DNA from: the human T2T-CHM13v2.0 reference genome, Homo sapiens
DNA length: 64,000 nt
NCBI RefSeq assembly: GCF_009914755.1
Contig: NC_060925.1
Strand: one strand, 5' to 3'
Part shown: positions 40,472 through 54,275 of the stretch, piece by piece
Layout of the letters: each line of letters begins with the position of its first letter
Position numbering within the stretch: the first letter of the stretch is position 1
Program-made: the position numbers and the translations under genes
The notes under the pieces: model-generated
The model's database searches: none
The model's input: only the letters and a program-made list of their open reading frames with translations
Told to the model about the DNA's origin: nothing

Positions 40472-41074
40472 GGATTTGACTTCTTCCTGGTTTAGTATGT
40501 GTCCAGGAATTTATCCATTTCTTCTAGATTTTCTAGTTTATTTGCATAGAGGTGTTTATAGTATTCTTTGATGGTAGTTTGTATTTCTGTGGGATCGGTG
40601 GTGATATCCCCTTTATCATTTTTTATTGCGTGTATTTGATTCTTCTCTCTTTTCTTCTGTATTAGCCTTGCTAGTGATCTATTTTATTAATCTTTTCAAA
40701 AAACCAGCTCCTGCATTCATTGATTTTTTTGAAGATTTTTTTGTGTCTGTGTCTTTCAGTTCTGTTCTGATCTTAGTTATTTCTTGTTTTCTGCTAGCTT
40801 TTGAATTTGTTTGCTCTTGCTTTTCTAGTTCTTTTAACTGTGATAGTAGGGTGTCAATTTTAGATCTTTGTCGCTTTCTGATGTGGGCATTTAGTGCTAT
40901 AAATTTTTCTTTAAACACTGCTTTAGCTGTGTCTCATAAATTCGGGTACTTTGTCTCTTTGTTCTAACCGGTTTCAAAGAACTTCGTTATTTCTGCCTTA
41001 ATTTCGTTATGTACCCAGTGGTTATTCAGGAACAAGCTGTTCAGTTTCCATGAAGTTGTGTGGTTCTGAGTGAG

Positions 41075-41801
41075 GCATGAAGACAATATTAGAGAAAAAA
41101 TATTAGCCTCCAAGAAATATGGGACTATGGGAAATGACCAAACCTATGATTGATTGAGGTCCCTGAAAGTGACAGGTAGAATGGAACCAAGTTGGAAAAC
41201 ACACTTCAGGATATTATCCAGGAGAACTTCCCCAACCTAGTAAGACAGGCCAATATTCAAATTCAGGAAATACAGAGAACCTCACTAAGATACTCCTTGA
41301 GAAGAGCAACCTGAAGACACATAATCGTCAGATTCTCCAAGGTTGGACCGAAGAAAAAAATGTTAAGGGCAGCCAGAGAGAAAGGTCAGATTACCTACGA
41401 AGGGAAGCCCATCAGAGTAACAGTAGATCTCTCTGCAGAAACCCTACAAGCTAGAAGAGAGTGGGGGCCAATATTCAACATTCTTAAAGACAAGAATTTT
41501 CAACCCAGAATTTCATATCCAGCCAAACTAAGTTTCATAAGTGAAGGAGAGAGAAAATCCTTTACAGATAAGCAAATGCTGAGGCATTTTTTCACCACCA
41601 GGCCTGCCTTACAAGAGCTCCTGAAGGAAGCACTAAACATGGAAAGGAGAAACTGGTACCAGCCACTGCAAAAAACATGCCAAATTGTAAAGACCATTGA
41701 CACCATGAAGAAACTGCATCAACTAATGTGCAAAATAACCAGCTAGCATCATGGTGACAGGATCAAATTCACATATAACAGTATTAACCTTAAATGTAAA
41801 T
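41075..41801 (+). mobile_element. inverted 5' part of the same L1PA (ORF1 3' part, inter-ORF spacer, ORF2 start)
   Basis: ORF1p C-terminal peptide at 41360; ends in the ORF2 start atggtgacaggatcaaattcacatataacagtattaaccttaaatgtaaat. Confidence 0.93.
41360..41746 (+). pseudogene. L1 ORF1p C-terminal remnant
   Basis: MLRAAREKGQITYEGKPIR...DLSAETLQARREWGPIFNILK...FQPRISYPAKLSF. Confidence 0.93.
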
Positions 41802-41884
41802 ATTCCTTGGATACTGCCTTAGTTACATCCCAAATGTTTTCATATATAGAGTTTTATTATTCTGTTCTAAATATTTTTTATCTT

Positions 41885-42172
41885 TCTTAGTTTGCTTGAC
41901 TATCATAAGAAAATACCATAGCTGGGTGGATTAACCAAGTAGGGTGGCAGCAAAGTCACTATCTTGCTGCATTCTCACATGACAGACAGGAGGGATCAAG
42001 TGCTATGGAGTTTGTACTTTGAAGGGCAGTAATCCTACCATGAGAGTCCCTCCCTCATGACCCCCATCAAAACCTAATTACCCTCCAAAGGTCCCATCTC
42101 TGAATACTATCACATTGGGTGTTAGGGCTCCAACATAGGAATTTTATGAGGATACAATTCAGTCCACAGTAC
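41885..42172 (-). mobile_element. MLT1A/B-like LTR fragment inside old L1M
   Basis: 'aaataccatagctgggtggattaa...acctaattaccctccaaaggtcccatctctgaatactatcacattggg...attcagtccacag'. Confidence 0.7.
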
Positions 42173-42863
42173 TATTCTTATAAATTTTTATTTGAGTCAT
42201 GAACCATTAGAAGTTTCAAAACAATATGTAATCATTTGTTTTTGGTTATATTGATATATACATATATAGCTGTATATATGCATTTATAAATTTTATAAAG
42301 CATATGTTAAGCTGATTGTTTTATATCTTTTCTGCTTTTTTTGGGTTTGATTTGTCATTACTGAATGATATGTGTTTAGATTTCCCACTACAAAGGAAAA
42401 CTTGTCTATGATTTTTGTTGTGGTTCTGTCAGTTTCCATTTTCTATATTTTATGTTAGTAGGTGTACATATGCTTAAAATTGTTATATTTCCCAGATTAT
42501 TTGAACAATTATGCATCTTTGCATCTATTAATGGTTATTAATTTTAAGTATATTTTGTTAGCTATATACACAGGCAAACCAGCTTTTTGTTAATATTTAT
42601 ATTGTTAATATTTTTCCATTCTAACATTTTATTCTGTGTGTCCTTCATACTCTACAATTTTTTGGTCTTTTAAAACCATGTTTAGGTATACATTTTTTTC
42701 TCATTCTATTTCTCCCCCTTTAGTAACATGTAATTTATCTACTCTTTTCCCTTTCTTACAATATTTACTTGAGATACAAGTACAAGTACACTTAACTTAT
42801 GGAAGCCAAACTTTAATCAATATGTTTAATCTTATCCATCCAGATAAAAGACTATGGCCCTGA

Positions 42864-43000
42864 TTTATTTATGTATTTTTTTTACAGACAGGGTCTCACT
42901 ATGTTGTCCAGGCTGGTCTTGAACTCCTGGGCTCAAGTTATCTTCCCATCTTGGCCTCCCGTAGTGTTGAGATTACAGACATGAGCCACCACACCTGGCC
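42864..43000 (-). mobile_element. FLAM / Alu left monomer
   Basis: 'gggtctcactatgttgtccaggctggtcttgaactcctgggctcaag'; TSD-like aagactatg. Confidence 0.88.
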
Positions 43001-43367
43001 AAGACTATGTTTGGCACTTTAACTGAGATTTCCCTGATCGTGATATATGTCATATTTTGGTCTATATTTTATTTCTATTTTGTTTTTCTTTTAACCCTAC
43101 TCACCAGAGATTGTTACTATTATTCAGACAATTTTGTTGTGTTGACTTATTCAATGTTTTTCAGTTTCTTATTACATCTCAGATCCTATGTATAAGGTTT
43201 ATATTTTTCTTCTGCCTGTGAAACATCCTTTAGGAAGAACCTATTGGTATTAAACCATTTTAGGGCAGTGTGCTGAAACATGCTGGTTATACTTCTGTTC
43301 TTATATGGCCTCCTTGTTTCTGATAAGACTTTTTTCTTGGTTAGTTAAAATGTGAATTTGGTTCTAG

Positions 43368-43369
<2 letters not shown>

Positions 43370-43405
<36 letters not shown>

Positions 43406-43420
43406 TGTGTGCATGCGTGC
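43370..43420 (+). repeat. (TG)n microsatellite
   Basis: Direct reading. Confidence 0.95.
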
Positions 43421-44599
43421 AGGTATTTTCTTCTTGCTGAGCAGTTAGCTTCCCAGATTTTTATAATGCAGCTTCCTTAAATGAGTAATAGAGATGAATT
43501 GACATAGATGTTTTGTGTTTTGAAAATCTTTTATGTTAAATATATCTCAATCCAAAGTGTGACATCACTGCACTTTTTATTCTTAATTTGATTTCCTAAA
43601 GACATTTTGCTCATGATATCATTATAAAATACACAACTAAGTAATATCTGAAGTGAACTGATATCCCGACTATGATAACATGTATGAAAATAATGATTAA
43701 CTTCAAAACATAGATTTTTCTAATTTTATATGTATTAATAGATAGAAACTATTTGACTCCTTAATACCTACATGATATAAGCTTCTAAAATAAAGTTCTT
43801 TTGGTGTGTTTTTGTGCAAAAATACTGTTAAAAAAGTATTAATGGTTACACCAAAAGCAATCACTAAAATTTTACAACAAATAGGAAAACTGCTTATAAT
43901 TGAGATATTTTGGCTGCGTCTTTATTTTTATACTCTGTTATCTGTTCTCCAGGCATTTGATAGAATGCTACCACAAACTGTAGGAGACAGAGGCAGATGG
44001 GATGCTAGTGCAGCCTGTGCTCTGTAGCGAGTTGCAACCTGGGCAGATATTCCGAGTGAGGGTACTTGCCTAGTATGCCTCTTTGGCCACCGGAATCTCA
44101 CAATTTTGTTTGGAGTTCATTGTGTTGATACATCCAGGTACACTAGTATTAAAAGAAGTTACTTTGCAACTGTGTAAAAACTGATAGATAACAAAATATT
44201 ACTTGAATTTTCAATCATACATTCTGTAGGTAACTAGAGCATGGATACACACGTGCATGCACAAATAGGAAATTCAGCAAACTTGAAATGATGTGCAAAA
44301 TGTTACTAGTATTAGCATCTAATATTTCTTCACTACGGAGTTGTTGACACACTTTGGCAGATATATCTCAGAGAAATATCTTTTATTCTGGTGCAGTTCC
44401 TATTATTTTTTATTTCAACCTCATTTTATATTAGCCTCTGTTCCAATTTTGAGTGTGGATGATTAATATTATTAGCAGACATTTCTTAGTTCTCTGCCAT
44501 GTTTGCTGAAACCAAATGATAGGCTGTAATTTACTTTATTTCTCTTTCTAAGCAGATACTCTGCAGAGTGACGGCTGTGTGTGTTTCCTGCATGGCTCA

Positions 44600-45385
44600 C
44601 CTCTTTCTGGGTGGTGTTGGTTTCTTTTAGCTTTTAGCATTCAAATCTGCCTGATGGAACTCTTTTCCCAGTCTCTATCACTCTACCAAATGTTCTTCAC
44701 TCCTAGTCCCTGTCTCAGTTCTTATGACATAGATCTGTAATTCTTCTCAAATAATATCAGTGATTATGTCCTGCTAATTTTATATTCTAAGTGCCTTTTA
44801 ATTGATATCATGCTCTCATTATGTTTTTGGTGATAGTCTTCCTATAACCTAGATAAAGGGAAATGGTTATTTCAGAGTGAGCTATTCAAAATGCAATCCT
44901 GATCTTATTCCCTGGCTTACCCTTAGAACACCTGGTGAAGAGATATTAAAAAAAAAAAAAAAAAACCTAAACACCAGAAGTCAGCCCCCGCTTGCTTCTC
45001 TGGTGTATTCTACTCTTTCTATCCTCACCAACCTTTGCATTTTATGCTGTCATGCTTCTAAAATATTATTTTTTTAACCACCTATCAAACTGCCTTTAAT
45101 TATATGATTTTTTTATGCTTAGAATGTTCTTTCTGCCCTTTTTCATCTGTCTACTTTCTATTCATCCCTTAAGTCTCAGTTTAAGTATCTTCACCCCTAG
45201 GAAACCTTCACATTGAACTAAGCAGCCCTCTGAGTTCCAGGAGTCCCAGCCCTGTATGCATAATGTGAAAATGATCTATTTGTAGTTCTTTCTCTTTCTC
45301 CAGACAATAAGCTCTTCTGGAACAAGGAATCTCTATTCATTTTTGTATCCAGGCTTTCACATAGTTTATGCTTCATAAAAGCTAA
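44600..45385 (+). mobile_element. L2 fragments
   Basis: 'ttagaatgttctttc...ctattcatcccttaagtctcagtttaa...cctaggaaacctt...cagacaataagctc'. Confidence 0.5.
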
Positions 45386-45454
45386 GTCTGTAATTTCTTA
45401 CACAGATCTAAATTGAATATTTTAAAAGACTCCAAATATTACCATCCAACAGGA

Positions 45455-45690
45455 TTTCCAAATTTATTCACAGGATAACTTCAAAAGATGAAAATATGCT
45501 CCCACTGAGAATATTAAATAGAATATGGTGCGTACCTCAAAGGCAATGCCAAAGGGCAATTTAAAAGAAGTTTTGAATATTGCTTGCATTGGTACAGTAA
45601 ACAGAACATCTCCCTCAGATGAACAATTTGAAGAAGTAAACAACCATTTGGATATATGTTTGCTAAAAAACATAAAAATCTTATGTTTTA
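45455..45690 (+). mobile_element. MARNA (ancient mariner-derived element) 3' part
   Basis: 'ttcaaaagatgaaaatatgctcccactgagaatatt...aaggcaatgccaaag...tttgaagaag...catttggatatat' parallels the MARNA consensus as recalled. Confidence 0.6.
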
Positions 45691-48314
45691 GTATTCGTCT
45701 TCCAAAAGTAATCGTACCGACTTTCAAGTCTAAAGAAGTGTGACTTGGAGTCTGTGACAAAGTAGGGCTCCAATAGAGCAAGACCAAATGGAGAAAAGGG
45801 CAAATTTAATTATTTAAGAATCCATGAATTATGATCATAATAAAAACCATGAGCGTCCCTGAGGTTGTAATCAGTCTAACATCTATTTTTGAAGGCTTTT
45901 CCTTTTCATCTGCCTTTTGTCTTTTGTTCTGTCTTTTGTCCTTTTATATCCCCTCCTGGATATCTATCTATCTACCTTAGCGGTACTATAACTCCTACTT
46001 GAGCAGGTGTGACATCCCCTACAGCATTTAGAAAAAGATTTGTTTAAGAGGACAGGTACACCTGCAGCATGTTATTAAATGAAGACTGAAAAACTAGTGA
46101 GAATGTAAATCATCCAACAAATTGTGCATCATTAATTCTCGATGCCAGCTCGATGTAGGAGAACGAAAATCTGTACCTCCTACCAAGTGTGCTGTAAAAT
46201 TTTTCAAATTTATTTTGATAGATCTGTGTTGCTGTAAAACACACAGGACCCCAAACTCTTAAAAATTAAAAGCATTACAGAGGATGAACTTAATGACAGC
46301 AGGGGACATTCTTAGTTTTCTTTTACATTTTACCGGAGTACATACATTTGCTGGTAAGAGGCATGGTTCTCAATTATCTAAAAAATGAAAATAGGATAAA
46401 ATATTTGACAAAACTAGAAAAGTTCATATGAACCTATTTTTGCTGACACCTAGAAATCCCTCACTGATGTGAAACAATTGTGCTCACTGCCACATCTGTA
46501 GATTTCTGGTGCTGTTTTGCAGCTGAGTGTTTAGTGGGAGATCTGCTGGATCAAAGCACAGCTCCCTTGAGATAGAATAACACACACATTCTGTGTTGCA
46601 AAGACACAGGAATTTTGGTGTGTGTGTGTGTAATTGTCCATCTTTAAAGGGACTGAGTTTTCTGAGGCTACTGCTATATGACCCTACATGATTGGTAGTT
46701 GGGAAAAATCAGCTAACTGGTTAATTTCTATAGATCAAGCAGTTGTGGTGGCTTTTCTGATCTTTAAATCTTTTATCTAGTTGTATTGATTGGGATTGAT
46801 TACTGAAGTTCTCATATAAGACATCTATTGTATATTGTGGGATGTATAGAATCATAAGAGTGTGGTAAGTAGTAGGTTTTCTTGGTTTAATGTCTTTGTA
46901 TAAAGAGAAAAGACTCTGGGTTTTAGTAAGAAATAACCTCTCATTGACTTTAAGCTGGTTTCCTTAAACTCAAACCTCATTGCTTAAATTTTCATAGGAC
47001 TTACATTGTCTGCCGGGTTCAGTTCAGGGTCTTTAATAAGAACTCTTCTCACATGAGGAAACTAAAGTGAAAACAAGCTAATTAATCTCCAAATTATATC
47101 CTGAAATGAAAGCAGATGCACGTTACTGCAAAGCATATCTTTCCTTGGTCCTCACTGAAGTTGCCTTAAGGAGAGGCGTGGAAGAGGCCACTATGGCAAT
47201 CAATGAACAAAATCATCTGTAATTTTAAATGGAAACAAATTGATATCCCACATGAATGGTTTTCTTTTTCCCTGCAATACAATCTTGACATATTACAGCA
47301 ATATCTTGAGGAGTTTATTTTGGGGATTAAGTACAAATAGCAATGCAAACCTGTAACCATAGTCTAGTGCCCAAAGAGACCACATTTTGTGTTGAAATAA
47401 TACACAATAGAGAAAGCTGAATGGGTAAAATAAAATCCTTCTTTAAGAAAAATAATCTCTTCTCTGAGTTATTAAAGTTTGCAGCCTCCTTGGTTTTCGA
47501 TGAGCTTATTTAAAATCTACGGGGGGAAAATTAGCAGCTTAAAATGCTGACAGCATGAAAAAACAGTGAGAAATACTCGATTCTTCAAGGAGTCCTTCCT
47601 TCACCCCCCAAATAGTTTGATTTTTCCTATTTATCTCCTTTGTCTTTTGATAAAAAGAAAAGAACCCTTTGAGAGGACAATTTTGAGGTCTTAATCCATA
47701 CTTCTTTCCAGTTTATCTTTTACATTCAAAACAAACACCTTTAAAAGAATCCTTTTTGGTCTGGTAGTGCTAAATGCTAAGCTTAGGTATCAGCAGCTAA
47801 TTAGCTTCACATCTGGGGGGATTGTCAATGAACTCTATCTCCTGAATATTTATTTATGGATTTTTAAAGAAAAAGCTATTTTCTGAAAACTGGAGCCTAT
47901 GGAATATTCTTGCATCACGTCAGTTCAATAGGAAGGGTGGTGTATGTTGGTTCATCTCAAACCTACCTTACTGTAGATTCAAATAATAAAACTCAGTGTC
48001 CGCATTGTAATGAAAGTGTGCCATATTGATCTCACGTTAAATGTTGCCTTTCATTTCAACATCTTAATTGGCTTCTACTTTTGAAGAAATTTCACTTTAT
48101 GCTCTGCAAATCCTGTGCCAGCTCTAATGTTCTGAAAGCTCAGCATCCCTTTTGTTTGCTTGTTGGTGTCCCTGTGTGCTATCTGGGGCTAGGAAAGTGT
48201 GCTGCCTGTGTTTTAGAGAACACCCAGAAGTGGTGAATTGCTACACAAAAGAACCTGTATTTCTGTCATGGTGGGACTGCATGCCTTATTACAGACCTGA
48301 TTATTGCATAGGGT

Positions 48315-48573
48315 ATTACTGTACTGCTTTCTCTACCACCATCACTACCTTTGCCAAGGCCATTGTCAGTATCTTCATTGCCTCCTGCACATTTTACACT
48401 GCTGCTTTGCCAACACCACCACCACCTGTGCCAGTGCTGACTCTCCTACTAGGACCGTTGCTGCAGTTTCCAACGCTGTCACATTCCCTGCCACCCCAGC
48501 AGCTGCCTTCACTAGTGCTGTTGCCAACACTGTCATTAGTATCAACCCTGCTGCTGTTCTCTTCTCATACTGA
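48315..48573. repeat. degenerate triplet-periodic (ACY/GCY) low-complexity tract
   Basis: act gct ttc tct acc acc atc act acc ... gcc aac acc acc acc acc ... gct gtt gcc aac act gtc att. Confidence 0.7.
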
Positions 48574-48735
48574 GGGACCTCTCGTCTTTTTCTGACTTTG
48601 ACAGAAAAGCAAAAATCAGCATCAAACTGAAAAACAAACTAGAACAAAATTGCTCCCTGGGGTTCACATAGCCTCATTACTATTGTTTCTACTATTTCTC
48701 TGAGCTAGAAACTGAGAATTCAGGGAATCTCAGGA

Positions 48736-49179
<444 letters not shown>

Positions 49180-50255
49180 TAATCCCACATAAGCTTGAGA
49201 TACATGTTTATCCAGGAAACAGGGCATTTGATATTCCCCCCACTGATAGAGGTGCAGGAAAAAAAGAACAGGAGGTGGTAGATAACACAACTATGACCAG
49301 GAGGGGTTCAGGGAAAATACTATGCTCAGGTAAAACCAATCATTATTGGGGATTGATTTTTGGGAGAAGACTGTGAAATTTAAACTCAAACTGAAATTTT
49401 CAAGTTGTAAAGTTGACAGAGATATTAACAGCAGTAGGAAATCCAGAAAGAGGAGCAAGTTAAGACATAAGTAGAGCCAGAGTTTAAACCTGTTAGTTTT
49501 TTGTTATCAGTGGAACTTAAGTGTAAATATATCTAAGAGGAAACAGGAAATGCATGGAGAGGCTAGGCTGAAGATACAAATTTGGGAAAAATTTAAACAG
49601 GTGATGGCTATAACTAAGAGTGGGCAAAACTAGGGAAGATAAAAAGGGAAAATCTGAGCAGACAAATGAGGACTTCTGTATTTATGTGGAAGAAGGAAGG
49701 ACACAAGTGGGCAGAAGAGAAGAGTAAGAATAATAGAGGTAAAGTTGAGATTGTAACATCTTGGAAATTATTAGGGGAGGAGAGAGTTTCAAGAAGAATG
49801 GAATGGCCATTATCAAATCATGTGTAGGCATCGAGAGAGAGAACTGTATTTGATCATTAAAATGTCACAATTCATTCTGAGACTGCCGTTTTACTAAAGC
49901 AGTGTTGACCAAATTCCTGTTACAAATAGTTGAAGAGTTGAGTTGACAGATCTTATCCACTTGTATCATATATTACTCTTACAAAAGGTTTCTCAGGGTG
50001 CTTCTTCAAGGACATGCTGTAAGGTTATAATCATATGAATGTGCAAAGATGAGAGCCAGAAATTTTTATTGCAGCATTGTTTGTAATAGAGGAAAATCAA
50101 ATACGTAATGGAAATAGCCAATACAGAGATTTGGTTAAATCCTCATCAGTCAAACAAAATGCAACCATTTTAATGAAAAAGATTTACTTCAGTTGATGTG
50201 GAAAGGCATTTGTGATCAATATTGGTAAATGAAACATACATTTATAGTATATGAC

Positions 50256-50617
50256 TGTATTAGTCTGTTCTCATGCTGCTAATAAAGACAAACCTGAGAC
50301 CGCATAATTTACTAAAAAAAGAGGTTTAATGGACTCACAGTTCCATGTGACTGGGGAGGCCTCACAATCATGGCAAAAGGCAAAGGAGGAGCAAAGTCAC
50401 GTCTTACATGGTGGCAGGCAAGAGAGAGTTTGTGCAGGGGAACTCCCCTTTATAAAACCATCAGATCTCAGAGACTTTTTCACCATCAAGAGAACAGCAC
50501 AGGAAAGACCCGTCCCCATGATTCAATTGCCTCCCATCAGGTCCCTCCCACGACACGGAATTGTGGGAGCTACAATTCAAGCTGAGATTTGGGTGGGGAC
50601 ACAGCCAAACCATATAA
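50256..50617 (-). mobile_element. THE1C-like solo LTR inside an old L1ME
   Basis: tgtattagtc...aaaccatataa; perfect TSD ATGAC (50251-50255, 50618-50622). Confidence 0.92.
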
Positions 50618-53136
50618 ATGACCAATTTCATTAAATATATTTGCATATATATTTTTGGACACCATAAAATAATGACACTGTTTATTATTGGATGGGAGGA
50701 TATCAATTGATCTGATTTTTTTTCTCTTTAAATTTTTGTATTTTTGAATCTAAGTGAAAAGTGGCTACCACTTTTGTAATTAAAATGGGAACAAATGCAA
50801 GAAAGGATAGAGAAAATGGTGACTTGACATGACTTCAAGGTCAAGGAAAGGATTTGAGGCTAAAGAATAGGGCGTGGGTCTAATAAAGAAGAAAAGGAAA
50901 GGAGAACAAGGGAAAAACTTAAAGATCCAATGAGAGGAATAAACTGAATGAGCAAGATTTCAGAAAATCTTGCAAAATGTTAAGATCATACTAGGCTTTA
51001 TTCCATAGAAGGCAAATTCTGAAGTGGAAGGAGGAAGAAGATAGGATGGCTAAATGTATAGAAAAATGTGTACATATATAGATGAAAAATTCAGATAGCT
51101 CAGGTCAGATGGACTACTACACCTTTTAAAGAAAAGGTCAAGGTGAAGTCTGAACTAAAGGTAAGAGGATATGCATGGGGAGCTGAGAAAAATGGAGAAA
51201 TTTTTGAACAATCACAAAAATGTAATAGTGACACAGGGAGGAAAACGATGAGTGAAGAGTGTCAGGAGTGCAGCGGCAATGGTTCAGCCTGAATTTGCAG
51301 TGTAAAATTTTGTTTTAATTCCTGTTACGTGTTAATAGGGTTAAAGCCAAGCTTCTAATCTATGTCAGTCTTAGAGTCCATGAAAGTGAAGGAACACTTC
51401 CACACTAATCATGAATGATATTGAGCTGCAATTGATCCAAGCAGTGTTTGGGAATTAAAAAAAAATGTCTTGACAAAGCTAGGTGGAAGCATAGATACAG
51501 TTACTCACGTACAGAAACTATCTGTGTCATCACAAAATGCATTTTCAAGGACATAAACACAGTCCTGATGGCAGGCATTTTATTAGGCCACTAAGTTCTT
51601 TAAATTTTCTATAGCTTTAAAAATCAAACTTGCCTGACCAAGTTTTCTAGCCTTCTAGCTTTTCACATGCTTGCAACACTTTTATTAGCTTGAATTAGGG
51701 CTGGCTTTGCCTTATGCATCCGGAAGAGCTGATAGAAAGATGTTTCTCCTGCTCTTCCTAAGGGATTCAGGTTAGAAGCTTCACACAAGGGCCTTTTCAA
51801 TATTTCTGAATTATTTGAGAAAAATTAAGCTGATCTAAATATATTGATAGGCAGTTATTCAGCTGGTGGTGCACTTTTTCATTTCCTCTCAGTTTAAATG
51901 CACAGAATTGCCTTGGAAGAAGTACTGCATTATGGAAGAGCTAAGACTGATAGTCCAAAGTCCATTCTGTATTGTAAATGGAAAGGAGGTAGACAAGGAA
52001 ACATAAAGATTAAAGAAAAGATGGAATGACTTTTTTTCATTCTGTCGAATGACTGTTTATATTGGGCAATACTTCAGGCTTGTAGGTTCAGCTTGAAAGT
52101 TCTTCAAATCAGAGGAGCCACTTAATATATAATAAAGAACAGTATAGGCAAGTCATTTATAAAAATGAAAACATTTTATATCTGCTTTTTTACAGAACAA
52201 GTTTCTCACTTCTGAGACATGGCTTTTTTTTTTTTTTCCTGAGATCAGGGAAATATGAACTAGGGGAGCTCCACATCTAACAAATGAAAGACAGCAGAAA
52301 TACATCAGTTTAGTTTGTTGTGATATATATATATATAAAGCTATAAATAGGCAATTACAAAGATGTATTTATTTGTATCTATGGCAGTTATCGATCCCTG
52401 ATTATAATATTCTGCCAATAAGATCATAGGCTAATTCAAAACTCTGACCACTTTAAATCAGAAGCACTTCCTAGCAGCAATTTTGGGCTGCAAATACAAA
52501 ATACATTTTTTTTACACAGGGTGCTCATTTATTTTAATCAAACTCATTAACAAAGGTGTTACAGTAATAAGTCCTGTTTTAATTTTGGTTACTTGATGCC
52601 CAGAGTAAATTGACTTTCTCAAGTCACAAGTAAATTTGAGCAGCTAGAATAAGCAGTTCCTTTTGGGATGGCAGCATGTCCGTCATCACACCCTCTGGTG
52701 CTTCCTGCTAACTTTTGCATTTTTTCTAAGGATAGTAGTGAAAGAAAAAGGAATAGCAAGCAGTAAGGTGGACAACATGTAAAGATGTTAAAGGGCTCCA
52801 GAATTGTAAGAAGGCCCAGGCTCAAGGTCTCCTAGAGCAAGTTAGTTTCTCTGAGGCTCAGTTATTTTTTGTCTGTAATACAGGGTAGCAAGTAGTAACT
52901 GTGTTAAGATTTTTGTCATTTTTAACTATGTTGAGATTTTTGTTTACTCCCCTCCTGTATGAACACAAACCTTTATAGGATGTTATTAGGAAAACTAGTT
53001 TGTAAAATTGTAGAATAGTGGCTGTCACTATTACAAGGTGATGTCTTTATCGTTTTAAAGCTTTGAGTGAATTTAATTTTTCCTTAGCGTCAAGGCTACC
53101 AGATAACGTTTTTTTCCCCCATTAGAAAAGCCCCTT

Positions 53137-53508
<372 letters not shown>

Positions 53509-54046
53509 TCAGAGGGGTAGCTATCAGAGGCACTGATGATTCCGGGAATAAATATAGTACTTGTACTGAAGGTTCTTCCACCTTGTTTTCTAAGTTTACT
53601 TAATTGGAAAAAGAATCAGTCATTTTTGTTTTTGATTTACCATGATTTATCCCAATACTATTCATTTATGCTTGAAAAATATTTGCTTTTTTTCCTTATA
53701 GAACATCAGATATTTTTCAATCAATAGGTTCATTCTTTTATTCAATAAACATTTGTAGAACACCCATTCTCTCTCAGGTACTGTGTTAGACACTGAGATT
53801 TAAGGTTTAATTGTAAAGTCAGATGTGTAAACATAAAATGACCACAGCCTGTGGTAACAGCTGTAATATATCTGTAAAAAGGCTCTTTAAACCAGGAATA
53901 TATAATAGACTTGGTCTGAGGAGTTTGAGCAAGATTCATGGATGCAGCGACATTTTTCTGGGATTTAAAGATTGAGTTTTTAAAAATTAGGAGAAATGTG
54001 AGAATAGTTTCTGAAAAAGTGGAGTATATAAAAAAAGCGTGATATG

Positions 54047-54275
54047 CATGTCTTGCAGGAACAGAGTTGAGCTGGAGGCCATTATCCTTAGCAAACTAAT
54101 GCAGAAACAGAAAACCAAACACTGCATGTTCCCACTTAAGAGTGGGAGCTAAATGATGAGAACTTACGAACACAAAGAAGGAAACAACAGACGTGGGGGC
54201 CTACTTGAGGATGGAGGGTGAAAGGTGCGAGGAGGGAGAGAAGCAGAAAAAAATAAATTGAGTTCTAGGCTTAGA
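54047..54275 (+). mobile_element. L1PA15/16-like 3' fragment
   Basis: 'gctggaggccattatccttagcaaactaatgcagaaacagaaaaccaaac...gggagctaaatgatgagaac'. Confidence 0.85.

Larger units (their letters stand above)
37658..41074 (-). mobile_element. L1PA7-like, non-inverted 3' part (3' UTR and most of ORF2, disrupted)
   Basis: 3' UTR 'tcatctaggttttaagctcc...cattaggtatttgtcctaa'; ORF2p fragments such as [11 protein letters not shown]...GMQGWFN...HMIISID and [15 protein letters not shown]. Confidence 0.95.

Noticed and set aside
37658-41801. Active L1
   Set aside because: No 5' UTR, inverted and deleted, with multiple frameshifts and stops.
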